Shown in pieces: positions 63,706-64,000 of a stretch of DNA of 64,000 nucleotides. The DNA lies in contig NC_043020.1 of the NCBI RefSeq assembly GCF_006345805.1, positions 11,160,001 through 11,224,000 on the forward strand. Reading direction: 5' to 3'. Every line of letters starts with the position of its first letter. Within the stretch, counting starts at the first letter, position 1. Made by a program: the position numbers and the translations under genes. The DNA is from Octopus sinensis (Eukaryota). Under the pieces are notes generated by a model. The model searched no databases. It saw nothing but the letters and a program-made list of their open reading frames with translations, and was not told where the DNA came from.

Positions 63706-64000
63706 TAAATAGCGTCTTCACTCTCCCAGTTGCCAATGTTTTCTGGGTGTTTCTTTTGAATAAAGTCTGAAAGTTCCTCCCACATTCCCAACATCGCATT
63801 GGTAGAGATAACTTCTTCCGTCTCCTCAGCATCACCTATTTCTTGCAAAACCTCCGTATGCCGCTGCATCTATAGTTCTTCCGTTGTCAGTTCCTCAGAG
63901 TGCACTTCGATCAGCTCATTCATGTCGCCTTTATCCACGGGCCCATGGACTTGTCGAAGGATACAATCTCCTCCCCACCACTACCCTCTCGGGTTCGAGT

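Larger units (their letters stand above)
62325..64000 (-). mobile_element. Second Tigger/pogo-type copy, interrupted by a SINE and RTE fragments
   Basis: 62325-62420 parallels 60097-60210; 63706-64000 reads approximately EIVSFDKSM..KGDMNELIEVHSEELTTEEL...FIQKKHPE. Confidence 0.7.

Overview
AT-rich, repeat-dense eukaryotic DNA. The SINE families, 5.8S sequence and repeat landscape point to an octopus (inference, not database-checked). The only host gene supported is a plus-strand M14B (N/E subfamily) metallocarboxypeptidase, most like carboxypeptidase E. Eight phase-consistent coding exons (1305-1510, 6506-6664, 9060-9223, 26782-26918, 30265-30404, 32582-32702, 36632-36864, 39343-39423) give about 413 aa ending ...NRKRRTA*; the N-terminal exon(s) lie upstream of the window. 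The rest is tRNA-derived SINEs, decayed RTE, CR1 and R4-like LINEs, mariner/Tc1/Tigger fragments, TTAA (piggyBac-type) MITEs, a Helitron cluster, foldbacks, minisatellites and long microsatellites. Most notable: (1) about ten Penelope-type minimal hammerhead ribozyme motifs, including a fully intact one on the sense strand of a CPE intron (8799-8843) and a tandem pair 498 nt apart (50773-51341); (2) an orphan 5.8S-ITS2 fragment framed by inverted repeats; (3) a triplicated, strongly GC3-biased unidentified coding fragment in an intron; (4) a possible alternative CPE C-terminus with or without an amphipathic helix; (5) a 5'-inverted RTE LINE. Exon and ribozyme coordinates were counted by hand; repeat boundaries are approximate.
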